From: Ascidiella aspersa
Taxonomy: Eukaryota
NCBI GenBank assembly: GCA_963924565.1
Contig: OZ004611.1
Location: 21,700,001-21,764,000 of the forward strand
Length of the DNA: 64,000 nucleotides
Direction of reading: 5' to 3'
Every line of letters starts with the position of its first letter. Position 1 is the first letter of the stretch. A program made the position numbers and the translations under genes. The notes under the pieces are model-generated. The model saw only the letters and a list, made by a program, of their open reading frames with translations. It ran no database searches and was not told the origin of the DNA. Below, one piece after another: positions 62,496 to 64,000 of the stretch.

Positions 62496-63444
62496 CCTTA
62501 GATTGTTCCCAAAAAAATATTTTTGGCCGCGGCAAATAAAATTCCGTTTGAGGTTATAAGTTGTATAGCCGCTACAATATTTCTAAGAGACACGTTGACG
62601 CAACACAAAAAGCGTTCGAATCACCAAGAATAATTTAATTGAAACTTAATTTAACCCATAAACGTGTTCAGTGACATACGATTACTCATAGAAACCTTTT
62701 ACGTGCAATTTCTGAAAAGCGCTTAATTTGTGGCTAAAATCGTGCACTGATTATAAAAACACGGCCTTTAGTAACTTCACGTTGCTTTGAGTCAAAAGAG
62801 GTAAAATAAAGACGTAAGGAAACATATAAATAGTATATTCTCTTATATCCGAAGAGTCTAAATTGCTGCGTATTGTCGTGCTGTTTACGTCAAAACCGAT
62901 AAGTAATTATGTTGTTGTCAACGAGGCGTTTGTTGTTGAAATTAGGCAGATAACGCTACTTGGTATAGTAAAATCACCATTATGTGATTTGCGGTAATAC
63001 ATTTAAAAGGGTTTAGAAATGCATTTCGGTCAGGTTTTTCGGTATAGCATCTAAAGAAATAAAAACGTTTTAAGTTGTACTGACCGACAATAAGTACTAA
63101 AAAAAAATATTTTTGTCGACGCGTTTTAAGGCATGATTCAACATTTGGTAGCATAATGAATACGAGACACGCCAGTATTTTGATAAAAAACACCGAAAGA
63201 AAATAGGTGAAATGCTATCATCTTTTCTAACTTGGAAAAGTCTCTTTCGTTCGCAAATAATATTTATTAACATTTCTGTCTTGCTATCGTACCTTACTAG
63301 GCAAGTCCCACGACTTTAAGGAGCTTAAGATATTTCAGGTATTTTACGTACAGGGGTGCCGCAACTGAAAAGTCGTTGCAGGTGAACTGGGTTAAGGATA
63401 GTAATCGCAACTAGTTTTTCCCAAAATAGCATGTTTATATTTAA

Positions 63445-63475
63445 CTAGATGAAATACCCGGCGTTTCTCAGGTTA
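63445..63475 (-). mobile_element. Probable Helitron 3' terminus (decayed hairpin plus CTAG)
   Basis: Minus strand reads ACCTGAGAAACGCCGGGTATTTCATCTAG|T, resembling the common CCCGGGCAACGCCGGG...CTAG|T Helitron end. Confidence 0.45.
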
Positions 63476-64000
63476 AATAGGTAGGCCCTATTTACTTGCA
63501 ACACTACCCTGCCTTTTGCAATGAGCACTGTATGTTGTGTATACAAATCCAGATTTTGCGTTGGTTGAAAATGTATGAAGCCATCAAGCTGTTGCCTGTT
63601 GATTACAATTACAAGTTGTGTTGTACAGTTTCCGTGCAAGTGTGCTGGTACCTCGCGTTAAGTAGATGATTTAAAAAATAATGGTGTAGTTTAACATGTC
63701 TATATTGGGTCGAGTTTACTTTCTCATATTTCAAGTAGAACGTGGCCCTTGTCGAAGCAGTAACTCTAATAGGCGTTACATATGATAAAATACGCTGGTT
63801 GTCCATTAAAATGCGTATATTTCCAAAGCCAAATCTTCCTCGGTTATAGGTTGAGCGTATCGTTAGGTCATAATAGCCGGGGTCTCCTAATAACGGTTAC
63901 TGTATTAAAATGTTCTACCATTCCCGCGTAAATTTGCTAAGGCCACGCGTTACAGCTTTAAAACAATTGCGTGGTTAAAAACAAAATGTATTACTAAAGA

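Noticed and set aside
1-64000. Remaining short ORFs in the six-frame track; prokaryotic defence or phage systems; tRNA/rRNA
   Set aside because: The ORFs are antisense shadows of exons, MITE interiors or AT-rich chance frames; no operon-like coding density and no RNA-gene signatures were seen.

Overview
AT-rich, intron-containing animal genomic DNA. Gene compactness, MITE content and protein divergence suggest an invertebrate chordate such as an ascidian; this is inference, not proven. Four spliced genes can be rebuilt by hand with GT-AG junctions and consistent phases: (1) the 3' 13 exons of SEC24C/D (+, 311-11782); (2) a 6-exon Sulfotransfer_2/CHST-family carbohydrate sulfotransferase (-, 15410-22200); (3) a 9-exon GT7 beta-1,4-galactosyltransferase-family gene (-, 26656-38657); (4) a G3BP gene with 9 coding exons (-, 47948-56071). 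Introns and intergenic DNA hold many non-autonomous hAT-type MITEs with 8-bp TSDs, some nested, plus foldback-like and minisatellite elements. The most notable signals are: five minimal type-I hammerhead ribozyme motifs of the Penelope/retrozyme kind (one intact at 29009-29050, one near-intact at 40510-40556), with every genic copy antisense to its host; a GT7 enzyme carrying natural substitutions at donor- and acceptor-determining residues, next to a sulfotransferase; a nested palindrome over the G3BP 5' end; and tandem duplications that copied SEC24 splice acceptors. No prokaryotic systems, tRNA, rRNA or CRISPR arrays were seen.
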